DNA of 64,000 nucleotides from Anthoceros angustus (Eukaryota; Plantae; Anthocerotophyta): NCBI GenBank assembly GCA_010909165.1, contig MU008158.1, positions 180,396 to 244,395 of the forward strand, read 5' to 3'. Shown piece by piece: positions 35,327 to 47,882 of this stretch (position 1 is its first letter; each line of letters starts with the position of its first letter). The notes under the pieces were generated by a model. It saw only the letters and a program-made list of their open reading frames with translations, ran no database searches and was not told where the DNA came from. The position numbers and the translations under genes were made by a program.

Positions 35327-38300
35327 TCATGGATCAAGGAAACAACGATAAGCGGGAATGACATGCCAACAATCTCCCGTCCGGTCAGCATGATGCACAC
35401 TCCACACCAAAACAACAGCTTTACTTACCACTCCACATCAAAACAACCTAAGGATCCCTAACAGCATCATCACGATTACTCTCCTCCACAAGGGAGTCCA
35501 CTACTTGAGCATCCGATGATAGGACGTATAACAACTCACCATCCTTCATGGTGGACCATGTCAAACTTGCATAGTTTGACTAACTCAGTTGAACACCTGC
35601 GTTCTCTAGAGGCAAGGTATAGAAACGGAGAATATTCTTCGCAACATGTAATCGACCAACCACCATCACCACTTGATGTGTGACCGGCTCCAAGGCGATC
35701 GGCTTGTGCTAAGCGTGTGCTTCACCTCGATTCTGCGAAGGTAGAATTCTTGGCCCTCATCTTCTTTATTGGCAAAAACCATGAAGTTGTCACCGACTTC
35801 CAAGAGGTCTGCCAAATCTGAGAGATCCACAGCTTCATCATCGAGAGCGCCGAGCAAGGAGAGCGTCCTAAGTAAAGGAATTGCTGTGGGGTCACGGGTA
35901 ATCCGAGGAGCAGGACCATCAGCATGTGGTCTAATCTTAACTAAATTCCAAAAGCCGGCGTGAGGAACTCTCTCGCAAGCATCATGGTTGCTTTCCATAC
36001 ACTGCACAAAAACAAGACAGTTGCGCATTTTCGGTTGCTCGGATCGCCACACTAGCCCCATACTATGCATCTTCTTGGACCCGGTATGGGGTCACAAGCA
36101 TATTTCACCCTCCGATTCACCTCATCCTTGCCAATAAAGAAACTTCTATGCACTCCATGCTGCCCGGATGCATAAGAGCTTCTGCGGGAAATGTGTTCTT
36201 GCAGTCTTGGACAACATCGTGCATTTTGCAACCTCCCCCGCCGTGGGAGAGGACTCTGCACTCTAAGGGCTCTCTTCAAAATAGCACCGCACCATCATGC
36301 TCTCCCTTGCCATGGCCACTCCCAAGTATGACCACACCGACCACTGTCAAGCTAGGGTACCGGAGATGAAGTATGAAGGTCGACATGCCTTGAATTGACT
36401 TGCTGCTCCATCGACCGGCACCAATGCTCCCGAGGTCTTGGGAACCCGAATCCAACATCCACCACCTGCTTCATCAAACAGGTTGAAGCGAAGAGCGTGT
36501 CATGCACAAGGTCGTCGATGTAGAAGTGATATATTTGTATATCTTGTAAAAAAAATCAGATAGTTTAGAGAAGAAATAAATTAGTTAAAATTATTAACGT
36601 TACATGAGGACAAAATAACAATGTTTCGTCTCACTAATGTGAGCACCAAACCATGCTTGGACCCACAAGCTCATTACATCCTTAGATGAATATAATTGGG
36701 CAAGGTCCCACATGTCCTTGGAGGAATCGGCTTGAAACTTGGCGAACCATGGATTGAAGTCCACTCACTAGAATATCTTGGGCCTTGATCCTTATTGTCC
36801 CATTCTTCTATTGAGTCGAATCCCACATGGGACGATCATTGGAACCACTCACTATATATCCCATAGTTCACGCCGCAATACTCCTTTCATGCGAATACTC
36901 CATACATCATATCCTTTTCCATTGAATCTATCCTTTCCTTAAAGCTATCTCCATGAAGACAAGTTGATCCGTTTCTTATCCCCGCCCATCCACATCCTTG
37001 CCCACAACTTGGTATTGGAAGCATCTCCATTTTAGAAGAGCATTAGGTCTGAACATTTATAGAAGTCTCCAGTGACGAACTTAAGCTTATTCACCCCACA
37101 TAGGACACAAGTGCCTTGCGACATGCGAGCATGCTGCATCACGCCTTCGCAAAGAGCACTTTGACAAAAGCGAGCCTCACGCGCCACACATGTGGAGGGA
37201 GCATTACAAACAATGGGAGATGTACCAAAGCACGGACCTCACAAGAACAATGGCAAAGACCACGGGGATGGACACGAGAGAGAGTCCCGGAGGCCATTCA
37301 AACATCCTTCAAAAGGCCATCTCCACATGATACCGGCAACAACAAAGATTACGCTCCTGCAGCTCTTCACAAAAATGGCTTCAACTTCTCAAAGCTCCTG
37401 CCCTACTTGAATGTTGGTGTTCCTCACAAAAGCGCAAGTAGAATTGATCTGACCCCACATGCGATGCCACACCTCGGATGAACTTGAACACCGGTGCCAC
37501 AATTTGCCCACAAGGCCCCAAGCGGATGCCTAATTGAAGTTCGGGAGCAACATCTACACTAAGCATTTACACAGTGAAATGAGTCGAAGCTTACAAACCC
37601 AGCTTTGCAGCCACGAGCCTCATTACGACATGTACATGCAATCACTACACCTCAAATGAACCGAGGCTGACACCAAATTTTTCTCATGTCCCCAAGCGGA
37701 TGGCCAACTAAGGTTACAATCAACATGTACACTAGGCATTCACACACACTCGACAAGGAGATGCCCAAAGCGATGTAAAAGGCAACCGGCAATAACATGG
37801 ATTTGTGCATCACACAAAGGCACAAGACCATGACCCAAAGCGTACTTGCGACATGTCAAGAAAGTGCGTGATGTGGGTGATGAAGGTTTAGCTGTCATGC
37901 AGCTTGGTATCTTTGTGTTTGACGAAGGGCCAGGCATTCCCAAAGCGGGCGATGCTTGCTTTCACATAGGCCGGAAGGATGTCAGACCTTGCTTTCCTTC
38001 CAGCCCCACACCATGTTCTCTGGCCTGAAACATATCCTCCCTGCCTGGTGCTCAAAGCTTGATGGATCTGCCTCCTGCTCACTCCTATGTGCCGAGAAAG
38101 GCTCGAAACCAGACCCTTTCCTTGGATATCCTCTGATAAGATAATGTTGAACAAGGTGTTCCTTGCCCGCAATTTGTCACCAACTTGAACATCCTTTAAA
38201 CTTGTGCAAGCCTCACGCACATTCTTCAACAACAATGCTCCCAATTGGTGTCTTTGGCATCTGTCGAGCTCTTGGTGAAACATCTTCAGCAATGGCGGGT

Positions 38301-39723
38301 TACTAAACTTCTCCGAATGTCTTGGCGACATTCGTGTATCCACTTGTAAGCTCTAGAAGCGATGACCTAATTTGCGAGCCATCACTTGCGCGTGCGAGCA
38401 TTCCTTAACACGAACAATGCCATAGCTCGCCGCTCTCTAAACTTCTGCAGACGGTTGAAGTTTGGGCACCACAGTTTCTTGCACAGTAGCGATTGCATCC
38501 TCTTACATTCCACCTTCCTCTCTTGCATGGGTCCCCTCGTTTGACCTGCACTGAGGAATACCAAGATTCCTTGTTATTCTCCTTGCAACTCTTGAACACC
38601 AGCTTCACTAGAAGATGCTTGACTTGCTGACTGGGCTGGGCACAGCGTTCTCATTGTCGGCGTTTACTGCCCCGCCCGGCTCCAGCTTGATGGTGACCGA
38701 GCCACACACGCACAACCCTAAACAAAAGCAGTGCTGGTAGACTCCAACTTTGTACCACCTGCGGGCCAAGAACAAGCACAACCCTAAAAGCCGATCACCT
38801 CGCAAGCTCGCGCCTCCACGGATCCGGTTGTAGGGGTGTAGACGGCTGCTGCAGCAGTCGTGTGATCCTACAAGGTGATACTGATATCAGCCACCACCGT
38901 GCACATCCGCAGTTCCCCAGGTTCCATGAAAGCCCATCAAGAACCAACAGTTAGAAATACAATGAACCAAGGACTACCTAAACCCAACTGCATACCCTGC
39001 CACCTCTGCCTACCACTTCCCTGCCACCTCAATCCACCACTCCCTTGCCAACCCTTGCCACCCGTACCCAACAGGTCCCTGCCACCTCAACCCACCACTC
39101 CCGTCCCCCATATACCCACCACAGTGAGCTCAGTCCAAAGCTCTCCTCAAAGAAAAAGTTTATCAAACATGCCGCAGATCTAGGCAGTCTAACCTGCGCT
39201 CCACACATCAGGTCCCAGTTCTCATGCTACATAGTCCCTGTCCAGCCAGACCTCAAGATAAGCCTACTCTACCTCTGTGTCTTGAGATCACTCCTCGCGG
39301 GCTGTGGCGGTGACCTCTTCTGGGCAGCAACCTAAATCAAAGTGCGGGTGCCCGTCAAAATTTGTTCGATTACTGCGATGATCCGTTTGCTCATCTCGTA
39401 AATATGCTACAAAATGATTTAGGTAAGGGCGGTGCCCACTGTTCTCGGGCCCACTTAGTAAACATAGTGTGACAAGTGCCCGAGTGAGACAATGCCCATC
39501 CCAAGTAGTCTCTAAATTTAGACTTTCATTTTGAATATTTTCATGAGTATTTTAATTTTAAATTTTAATCTCATGTAGAAGTGATATATTTGTATATCTT
39601 GTAAAAAATCAGATAGTTTAGAGAAGAAATAAATTAGTTAAAATTATTAACGTTACATGAGGACAAAATAACAATGTTTCGTCCGTTTCTCACTAATGTG
39701 AGCACCAAACCATGCTTGGACCC
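35327..39723 (-). repeat. Rearranged second copy of transposase and right end
   Basis: 35327-36515 repeats 30701-31905; 36520-36950 repeats 34752-35185; 36950-39723 repeats 32185-34896. The copies differ mainly by indels. Confidence 0.9.
39703..39723 (-). repeat. Right TIR of the Sola-like element (also copied at 34876-34896 and 36644-36664)
   Basis: CACCAAACCATGCTTGGACCC followed by ACAA and gag sequence in all three copies. Confidence 0.9.
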
Positions 39724-40190
39724 ACAAGCTCATTACATCCTTAGATGAATATAATTGGGCAAGGCGGTCCCACATGTCCTTGGAGGAATCGGCTTCAGAA
39801 ACTTGGCGAACCATGGATTGATGTCCACTCACTAGAATATCTTGGGCCTTGATCCTTATTGTCCCATTCTTCTATTGAGTCGAATCCCCATGGGACGATC
39901 ATTGGAACCACTCACTATATCCCATAGTTCACGCCGCAATACTCCTTTCATGCGAATACTCCATACATCATATCCTTTTCCATTGAATCTATCCTTTTCC
40001 TTAAAGCTATCTCCATGAACCACCGCATCGTGACGCCTTTGGATCATGTTTGAGTTTTTCTTTTCTTTAGCCTTTTCGGCTTCCCAACTCTTCTTCTCAT
40101 CTTCAAGCCATTTGGCCTTTTGCTCCTCTAGCTCGCTTTTAACTTTTCAAGTTGATTTATATCGGAGTCGTCAACATTCACTCCAGCCAT
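39724..40190 (-). pseudogene. Copia B gag N-terminus
   Basis: MAGVNVDDSDINQLEKLK...EEQKAKWLEDEKK, then SFKEKDRFNGKGYDVWSIRMKGVL..ELWDIVSG...KDMWDRLAQLYSSKDVMSL. Confidence 0.88.
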
Positions 40191-40201
40191 CGCAGGTGAG
40201 T

Positions 40202-40960
40202 TCAAAATAGACGATTAATTTGTCCGATAGGCGCACTTGGTTTCCGATCGCCACGGGTGGAGAAAGGACATGCGCATTCGGAGCAGATCATCTCGGCTTG
40301 ACCAGCTATATTTACTGAAATATCTGTCTCATCATCAAAATCAGAATCTCCTTTGGGAAGGAGCCTATCTAGATGATCTCGAATATTGCTAATTTCTTGT
40401 TGCAAAAAGGCAAAATTAGAATGATTGGATTTTTGGGTGAGTCTAATGTTACTCTTTATGCAACCAAGAGTTTCTAGCAAATTATTCAAGCCGGGAAATG
40501 AAGGGCCAGCAACCAAGTTAGGAATATGTTGAAGAGCTAATTGGATTGCGTAAACTTGCAATAAATCAAAAGAGGTAAGTAGGTTCTTGTCTAGCAAGTC
40601 TAATCAAATTCCCTTGATCCGGTGACTTAATCAAAATAGATCCAATGAAATTAGCAACTTGTTTAGAGACTACTTCAAGCTCTTCACAGCCATGCACTTT
40701 GTTGTTTTTGTGGTCCTTCTGTCGCTTCTCTTGCCTTGACCTTGATATTTCTCCAAACTCCTTGTTTAGTGGGATTTGGTGAATTCATGGTGCAGGGCAA
40801 GGATTTGATGACAAATTGTGCATCCTCAAAGCATGCTGAGCTTGATCCATTTGCTGCCAAAGGCGAGATCTCCAGCATAGAAGTTCCATTTAAAGATCTA
40901 ATTGGAAAGGAAGCATAGGAGAATGGATGCCTTAGGAGGAAATAGGAAAGTAGCTCTAGC
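40202..40960 (-). pseudogene. Extra sense ORF (ORF0) between PBS and gag of Copia B; coiled coil plus CxxCxC
   Basis: ORFs 40684-41028 and 40202-40597 join by a frameshift. The stop lies 12 bp before the gag ATG. Confidence 0.55.
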
Positions 40961-40972
40961 ATCAAGAGCAAA

Positions 40973-40985
40973 GCTATCGATACCA
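40973..40985 (-). other. Primer-binding site (tRNA-iMet-like) of Copia B
   Basis: tggtatcgatagc on the minus strand, directly after the LTR; imperfect match to TGGTATCAGAGC. Confidence 0.75.
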
Positions 40986-41247
40986 TGATGAAAATCATGC
41001 TAAGCTCTAGCATAAAAGATGCTTGCATTACAATGTATATAATAGAAAGTACAAAGCCTATTTATAGGCAAGGTGGTTAGGTGGTTGAGCGGTTATAACC
41101 ATAAGTTGTTATAACCGAGTTGGTGTAACTAATATAACAACTAACCTCCTAGGACAACTAACTAAGTAACTACTTAATGCCCTAGAGATAAATTAAAGCA
41201 TAAGTAAAGGTGCCTAGTGAATAGTGCCTAAACTATGTATTTTATGA
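40986..41247 (-). repeat. 5' LTR of Copia B
   Basis: Direct repeat of 13449-13715; flanked by tttt at 41248-41251 as at 13445-13448. Confidence 0.92.
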
Positions 41248-43557
41248 TTTTAAATGAGTGTCTGTCAAAACAAATGATGGTAGCTCCACAGATCTAAAAC
41301 CAAGTTTCTACTTGAGAATGAGCAGATGAAAGACAAAGCAACTAAGATTGTGGAAGACTTAGCCTTTGTGGTTGTGAGGTTTGATTCAGGAAGACTTGCA
41401 TCTCGGAGGCTCACACCCTTTTCTTCCGGCAATTCTTCTCAATATGGCGGGTATCTTGCACCAATGGCAAGTCATATTTACCTTTGTCTTTATTGCAGAT
41501 AATTATATGTGGAGCTGAAAATTCGATTGGGGAAGCCACGCCCGCGTCCTCAGCCCCTCGCCTCGAGAAGTGAACAAAATTCTCGAGTTTGATTGACCAC
41601 TTGAGCTGGCCTTCATTTTATTAAGGCCACGAGTCCTCTCCTCCGCCAGAAGAGCTCCTAACACCTCCTGAAGTGTAATGGCAGGAGATGCACCTGCAAC
41701 TGTTGATTGACCTGCCGTTCTTATAATGGCACTCTATGCGCTTACAAAAGATTGATATGCTTCAGGTAGGGTTGCAAGTAGGCTGACAACAGCCTGAACT
41801 TCAATCAAATCTATTCCACAATATGAAAGGTTAGCACGACAAGTGCGAAACCGGTTAATATAAGACTCCATGAGCTCGTTATCTTTCATGCAGAGGCTGA
41901 AAAATCCACCTTGAACAAGGAAGCCGAGCTCTGTCCTTATAAATCATCTTAAAGTTATTCCACATCACTTGAAGTGGCGGCACCCAAAGTGTGTGTCATC
42001 ATGTTCCGATCTAGGCGGAAATAATAATAGTTCTTGCGTCATTCTTTCGTTGCCAATCCAAAAGCGACATCGGGCGGCTCACAGGCGGGGAGGTTGACCA
42101 TCTACAACCCCATCAATTCGTTTCTTCTAAAATCTGCGACACTCTCATTGCCCATATGGTGTAATCGGACCCATTAAATCTATCCTTATCCTTAAATTCT
42201 ATCCTAAGAGGAGTTAGGGGAACAAGAGGGAATGAGAAGGTGCATTTATATTTAATCTAAATTGTACAGCTTGAGGAGAAAAATCCCTATGGAATACTCT
42301 ACTACATGAGCTTCTTCGGAGTATCAAATAAACTTCAAAACAAAGTATTTGATGCTTGACTACCATCATCATCGGTCATTGAGTCAAAAGCATAAAAAAT
42401 ACACCATAAAAATGGTTAGAACCAGGACAAAGTACGTCTACAACAATCTAGGCGCTAGATTGGTATTGTAGCAACTAATACACACAAAATGCATGCGTCT
42501 AATGCCTAAAAAAAAACTATTTAATAGCCCCCTTTTAAATTAATTAATTAATTAATTTTTTTAAAAAGAGATCGGGTGACTTATGAGGCTTTCTAGCATG
42601 TGGGTATCCACAAAAAAAAGCAAAATTAAAAACAAGATACTCTAGCCTTTATAGATTTCCGAAAAACCGCTTATTTATTATGGAATCTTGAAAGGTGCTA
42701 AGAAGATTCCATTTTGATGCTTCATCACTTCCCCGCGGCGATGGCGTGCATCTGTTCCGATGCTCCTCCTCACAATCCACCTTTCTCGATGCTCTTCCTC
42801 GCAATCCTCCTTTGCTGCGGCCGCGCCGCGATTTGGATCCTCGCCGCGCCACAGCAAAATGCCTCAGCAACATGTGGGCATGTGCAATTGGCTGAAAAAC
42901 GGGCTGGAATCGGGGCTGCTATGAGCAGCTGTGGATTCCGCTTGGCTGCTCAAAATTGGCCGAAATAGGCCCGCCCCGAGATGCGGCGCCTTCCCGGATC
43001 GCCGGCCTGCCATCTGCGGTTCCTCACGGGCTGCAGATCTCACTATGCCGCCACCGCCAGGCCGGTCGCGGCCATGCCGCGGCTGCCAAGCCGCACCTGC
43101 CAGGTTTCGGCAAGGTCGGCCACCTTCACCGATCTAGAATTCTGCCAGCAGGAGCGGCCACCAATGGCGCTTGCGGTTCTGCTTGCAAATGAGGTTGCCG
43201 AAGGAGGGCTGATCGCTGTCTGATTGTTGGGACGGTTTGCCTGTTGCTGCCGGATGTTCGTTTTGGAGGGTTGCTTTCTTGCTGCTGCATGCTGATGATT
43301 TGCGGTGCGCCCACGGATTAGCAGCGGCTTGGCGTCCCCCCATCAAGGGAGTGTCGTTTCCAGTCGGTTTCCTTCACACTTCGATTTCCATTCTAGCATC
43401 TGCATCCTGCAGTTGCATTCTTGCAGCCTACACTGGGCTTATGTACCAAAAACGAAAAACATGGCGGCAACATCGGCATGGTGATGAGCAAGGACTAATG
43501 CATTTTTTTTTAATCAATTACATCGGCAATAGATTATATTGGCCTGCTCTGATACCA
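41248..43557 (-). mobile_element. Copia A, 5' part: PBS, leader, gag, zinc knuckle and protease N-terminus
   Basis: Perfect PBS gctctgatacca at 43546-43557; RIEFKDKDRFNGSDYTIW; MKDNELMESYINRFRTCRANLSYCG; CHWCKIP; ETWF..CGAT.ICFDRHSFK. Confidence 0.88.
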
Positions 43558-43815
43558 TAAAGAATTTGTGGCCTAGGATCGCATGTGTGCAATGCGTGAT
43601 GATCGTGCAAGATGTAAGCAAGGGAGACAAGAGCAAGTTGGGATCGTAAGCTTGTTCAACTAATGCACGATAAAGGTGTCTTATACAAAAAACGGTTATT
43701 GACGGTTATTGACGGTTATTAATTAACTAATAATAAAACTAAAACTAATTCTAATTGTGACTTAAATCACTATTATGTTTTAACACATTTTGTTCAAATA
43801 AGCTATATTCCATTA
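43558..43815 (-). repeat. 5' LTR of Copia A; ends read TA...TA (outer end uncertain, 43785 or 43815)
   Basis: Follows the PBS and begins taaagaattt. Candidate outer end gctatattccatta resembles the Copia D end ggctattctaata. Confidence 0.6.
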
Positions 43816-44142
43816 GGCGGTGCACCGAATCAGTTTGTTGTTGACCGGACGTCTCCAATCAACCCCGCGCGTAGATTCGACACACGGAAGCTCACACCTG
43901 AAATTGTCTATCCAGAGAGACACGGAAAAGGTCTCTTATACATCATCGCTGCGAACCTGACTCACTCTTCTCGATGTCTAAAAAATAAAACTATCCACCA
44001 CGAGCGCACCTACCAATTCAGGTAACTACAGCTCCACAGGCCCTTCAAACACCTTATCCCCTAATCCAAGAAAAAGCCCCTGACCTATGATGTCACTTCC
44101 CTCTAAATCGGTAGCGGCCGCCTCCATGATTCTTTGCCTAAC

Positions 44143-45965
44143 CTACTGAGTGGGTGTTCCCCTTGCTCTCCTACCACGCCTCTGATCCGAACGATTCTCC
44201 CTCAAAACCTCCACCTCACTTTCGCTGCCCGTGGTTCCTTCCCCGCTTCTAGGGGGTTCCGCTCGTCTATTGCCCCCATGCATGTTATCCTGCTCCTCAT
44301 CACTAGATAGCCACACCGTGCGTTCATCCCTCCTCGCTCTGGCCTCCGCCTTGCTCATCTCCTCAAGCACCACTTGCGGGGGGTAGGCCCCAGCTCCCGT
44401 TCGAAGAAACCACTGGTAGACACCCGTGGCGGTTAAGATGTGTAGCCAGTAGTTTCTGCCCCCTCCTGTCCCAACAACCACATACACATTTGGAGTGAGC
44501 ACCCGCTCACCATGCAGGTAGCTAGAGCTCGCTCTCTTGCACCTACCCGTCGGAGACAGGACTGGCTCAGGGTGCGGTTGCTGCCAGTGGCCTCCTGCTC
44601 CTTGGGCGGCATCTCGCTCCGCCCTTCTGACGACCTCCTCCGCTTCTTGCCACTCCGTAGGTAGGAGTAGGGGGACCGGTGCGGTCCTTGGCGCTTCGTT
44701 GGTGGGGGCCATCTTTCGCCGCTTGGCTACCCTCCTCGTCCGGCGAGGCTCATGGCTGGGACCGCGATTGATTCTTTGATGGCGACATGACTCCCTCCCT
44801 GTGGGTGCCCCTTCTTGCGCGGGGAGCTCCGCTGAAGGAACCAAAAGAAAGGAGGCGGGGATGTCTTCCCACACTTCCCTGGGCAGCGAGGGGGTCCGTT
44901 CCAGTCATATGGAGTCCGGAATCCCCTCCCAGTCGTCTTCCTCCCGGGCCCGCTTGGCCTTAGGAGGACGGACCTCCGCCTCTGGCGCTCTTTCCTCGCG
45001 CTCCGCCTCCGGCAAGGCCGCCAGCCCCTTCCGGAGCGCCCGCTCCTCCTCTCCCTCCTTCAGGAGGTTGAGGTGTCCCCATACATGGATGAGGAATGGT
45101 GACAACGCCAATGGAGGCGGCTTCTCACTACGGAGTTTCCTCGCCTCCTGGTTGATCTGGGCGAAGATAATTCGCCCCCAGTCGGCCCTCTTCCCTCTCT
45201 GCAGGGCGTGGAGGAACACCAGAAGGTTGTCACCAAGGTGGTCCACCTTGGTGAGCATGTTCCAATGGACAATGACCTTCGCCACTGCCCTCACCGCTGT
45301 CCAGTGGTCCGACATCAACCAGCCGTTGGAGGACCGTTCGTCCGGCCTCAGCGGACGCGCCCTCTGCGCTTACCTTTCCCTCACCTTGAGGGCTCGGAAC
45401 TCGCCCCCAATTTCTTCAGGCGCGGGCGGTTGTAAAGCCGCCTCGGGACCTCCGGTCCACCTCCTGAGTCCTCCTCTCGGGCTCTTGGAGCGGACCTCCT
45501 TGTTGGCCACTGCCAACATTTTCTGAGCGTACTCTCGGACCAAGGTGATGCTATCAAAAGTCCAGACAGCCTGGAAGATATCCAGGTTCCATTCCTCTAC
45601 CCAACTCCTCCGCTTCCTCCAGCCACGGTCCAAAGTCTGGGAAGCGTTTGGTGACGATGTTGCGCTCCACCAGGCGCCAGGGCTCCCACACTTTCGCCGC
45701 CTTCTTAGGCCCCATTGCTGCGTTCACGTCGTTCGGCTGCTGAGGGTGGAGGCTTCGCAACTCTCTGCTCTCTCGTCGCTGAGTCGATCGCTCCGGTCAT
45801 AAAATGACTGCTACTCGCAAAGATGCTCGCGCTTGAAGAGACAACGCGGGCGGGATGTCTTAGCGCCGCGAAAACAGCTGCGAGGTTCGAAGAATGACCT
45901 TCCTTCATGGCGCCGAGTAAATGAAGCGCGGATGGGCGTCCCTTCGTAGCCATCGCAGACGCCAA
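44143..45965 (-). pseudogene. Frameshifted ~600-aa retroelement accessory-type protein
   Basis: ORFs 45705-45965, 45554-45760, 45370-45633, 44905-45318 and 44143-44874. The motif LHALQRGKRADWGRIIFAQINQEARK...LALSPFLIHVW resembles the Athila-ORF1 / plant transposon protein type helical domain. Confidence 0.45.
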
Positions 45966-46429
45966 CCTTATCTTACGCCACCGTACTCGTTATCTTGGCA
46001 TGCCTCTAGCCTTATTTGGCAGCGATAGCTCTAATACCTGGCGCCACATGCTCGGGCGTGGATACTTGCCTGCTTAACCCGCCCAGCAACCCTACGGTCC
46101 TAGTCCGGCGTGCACGTCCACCTCTCGGCCGTCCGCGTGGCCGATCGCCCAAAATGCGCTCCCAACTCCCAAGTTACTTTACTTGGCGTACTTATCCCGA
46201 CTTACTCCGGAGTGTAGTCTGGACTTACCGCAATGTACTCCCGAGCGACGTGTCCACTCGGAGTGTGGATTCGTGGCGCTCAGGAAGGTCGCGGTCCAGC
46301 CCTCTCCACCTACTCCGGAGTGTAGTCCGGAATACTCCAGCCTTATTTCTCCCTTTCCGCCTTATTTTCTACTACATACTTACGAAAAAAACAAAACTTA
46401 GCTCATTACCTACCAAAGGGAAGAGTCCG

Positions 46430-47320
46430 TAGCCCACACCTAGAAAGGACTTTCTCCAGTAACCCCTTTTTGCACATAGACTGCCACAAACCCCAAATTG
46501 TACGCCTAAAAATCCACACTGAAAATGGCCGTTTTGAAGAGTTTAGGTCTTATTTATGCGTGTACGAACTTATCTGATTTTAAACTTTATCAAATTATGA
46601 GGTTTCCTGAAACAAGGTTATTTTCACAACCGGCACGAATATGTTTAGAGTCTTTACAAAACATGCTGTGATTCTGGTGTGCAAACCTTTCACTCGCATC
46701 AATCAGTCCTAAAACAGACAGCCGAGTTGTAAGAACGACTCCGCTGCTTCATCCATGTGCATTGTGGAGCCTTAGACTTCCTCACGTACCCTCACGTAGC
46801 AAGCCTACGAGGCATGAAACAGCCAACCGAGTTTTAAGGAGAATTCCTTTGTTTCATCCATCTGCACGGTTAAAGCTCTACCTCATGTACCTCACACAAC
46901 TAGCCAAGGCTCTTCCTCTTGTAGCTCACACAACTAGCCGAGGCTCTACCCCATGTACCTCGCACAAGTAGTCGAGGCTCTACAACATGTACCTCACACA
47001 ACTAGGCGGTATAAAACAATCATTATCATAATCATTATCAAGGAGTGATCTCACGCAAAAGACCGCAAACAATCATGTTTATCTTAATATATTATCAATT
47101 ATGATTATTAAAAAATACATGATGATCTCATCTTTATTATTTTAGTATGAATAATAATAATAAGTGGCGATGTTTTAATGGAGCATAGATATCGACATTT
47201 ATAAATATTCACAGCATATATTAGAAATATGCTCGACATTTATAAATATGCCTGGCATTTCCCAATCTTATAGTAATTATTCCATCAATGTTCCAAAATA
47301 TGTCATGAGATCCTAGTCCG
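46430..47320. repeat. Non-coding block duplicated at 57195-57475 and 58950-59530 (part of the RING-gene duplication unit)
   Basis: Shared strings include cctagaaaggactttctcca, gaaaatggcc.ttttgaagagtttaggtctt, gagccttagacttcctca and tgagatcctagtcc. Confidence 0.88.
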
Positions 47321-47538
47321 AGTTTGCCACTCTAAGCTCCACATTGGTCATTGGTTTCTACATACCCCTTGAGAGCATGAAATATTTTTTCTCTACAATT
47401 GGGAGATGGAGAATTGTTCTTCAACCAAGGCATGATGTTACATTGATTATAGAAAAGGTCATCGGCCTCGTCCTCGTCCTCGTCCTCGAAAGGTCCTCGG
47501 TATTGTCCGCCTCTTCATCTTCGTCTTCATGTTCCTCC

Positions 47539-47769
47539 TAAAAACATTTACAATGTATGCCATAGCCAGATCACATGTGTAGGCGGTAGTCAAACCGAGC
47601 CGGGAACAAGTGCACAAGTACAAGCAAGCACAAGGGAGAAGTGATGTTACATTAAAGGAAAATAAACCATATATACATAATAACGGTTCGGTTACGAAAC
47701 CGCTCAAACTGAAAATATGAAACTACCTCTAGCCTTTAACTGATTATATTAACCCAGGTTATTCTAATA
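47539..47769 (-). repeat. 3' LTR of Copia D (TA...TA)
   Basis: taaaaacattta...ttattctaata, between the TSD and the PPT ctaagtgggag. Confidence 0.93.
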
Positions 47770-47882
47770 CTCCCACTTAGTTCCAATATTTTCTAAATTG
47801 GAAGTAAACTTGAAGTCTAAAAGATTCTGTCCTAGAAGGCAAGCTCGTCTTTCTGAACAGTAATGACCTCCACGGCCACAAG

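Larger units (their letters stand above)
20372..39723 (-). mobile_element. Giant TIR DNA transposon, Sola2-like; about 14.5 kb without duplications (20372-34896)
   Basis: Left TIR gggtgtaagcatggtttggtg (20372-20392) matches right TIR caccaaaccatgcttggaccc at 19 of 21 positions. ACAA flanks both ends. Removing the element restores the gag frame KDVMSL-LSATRNFHNLKM. A DDD transposase lies inside. Confidence 0.85.
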
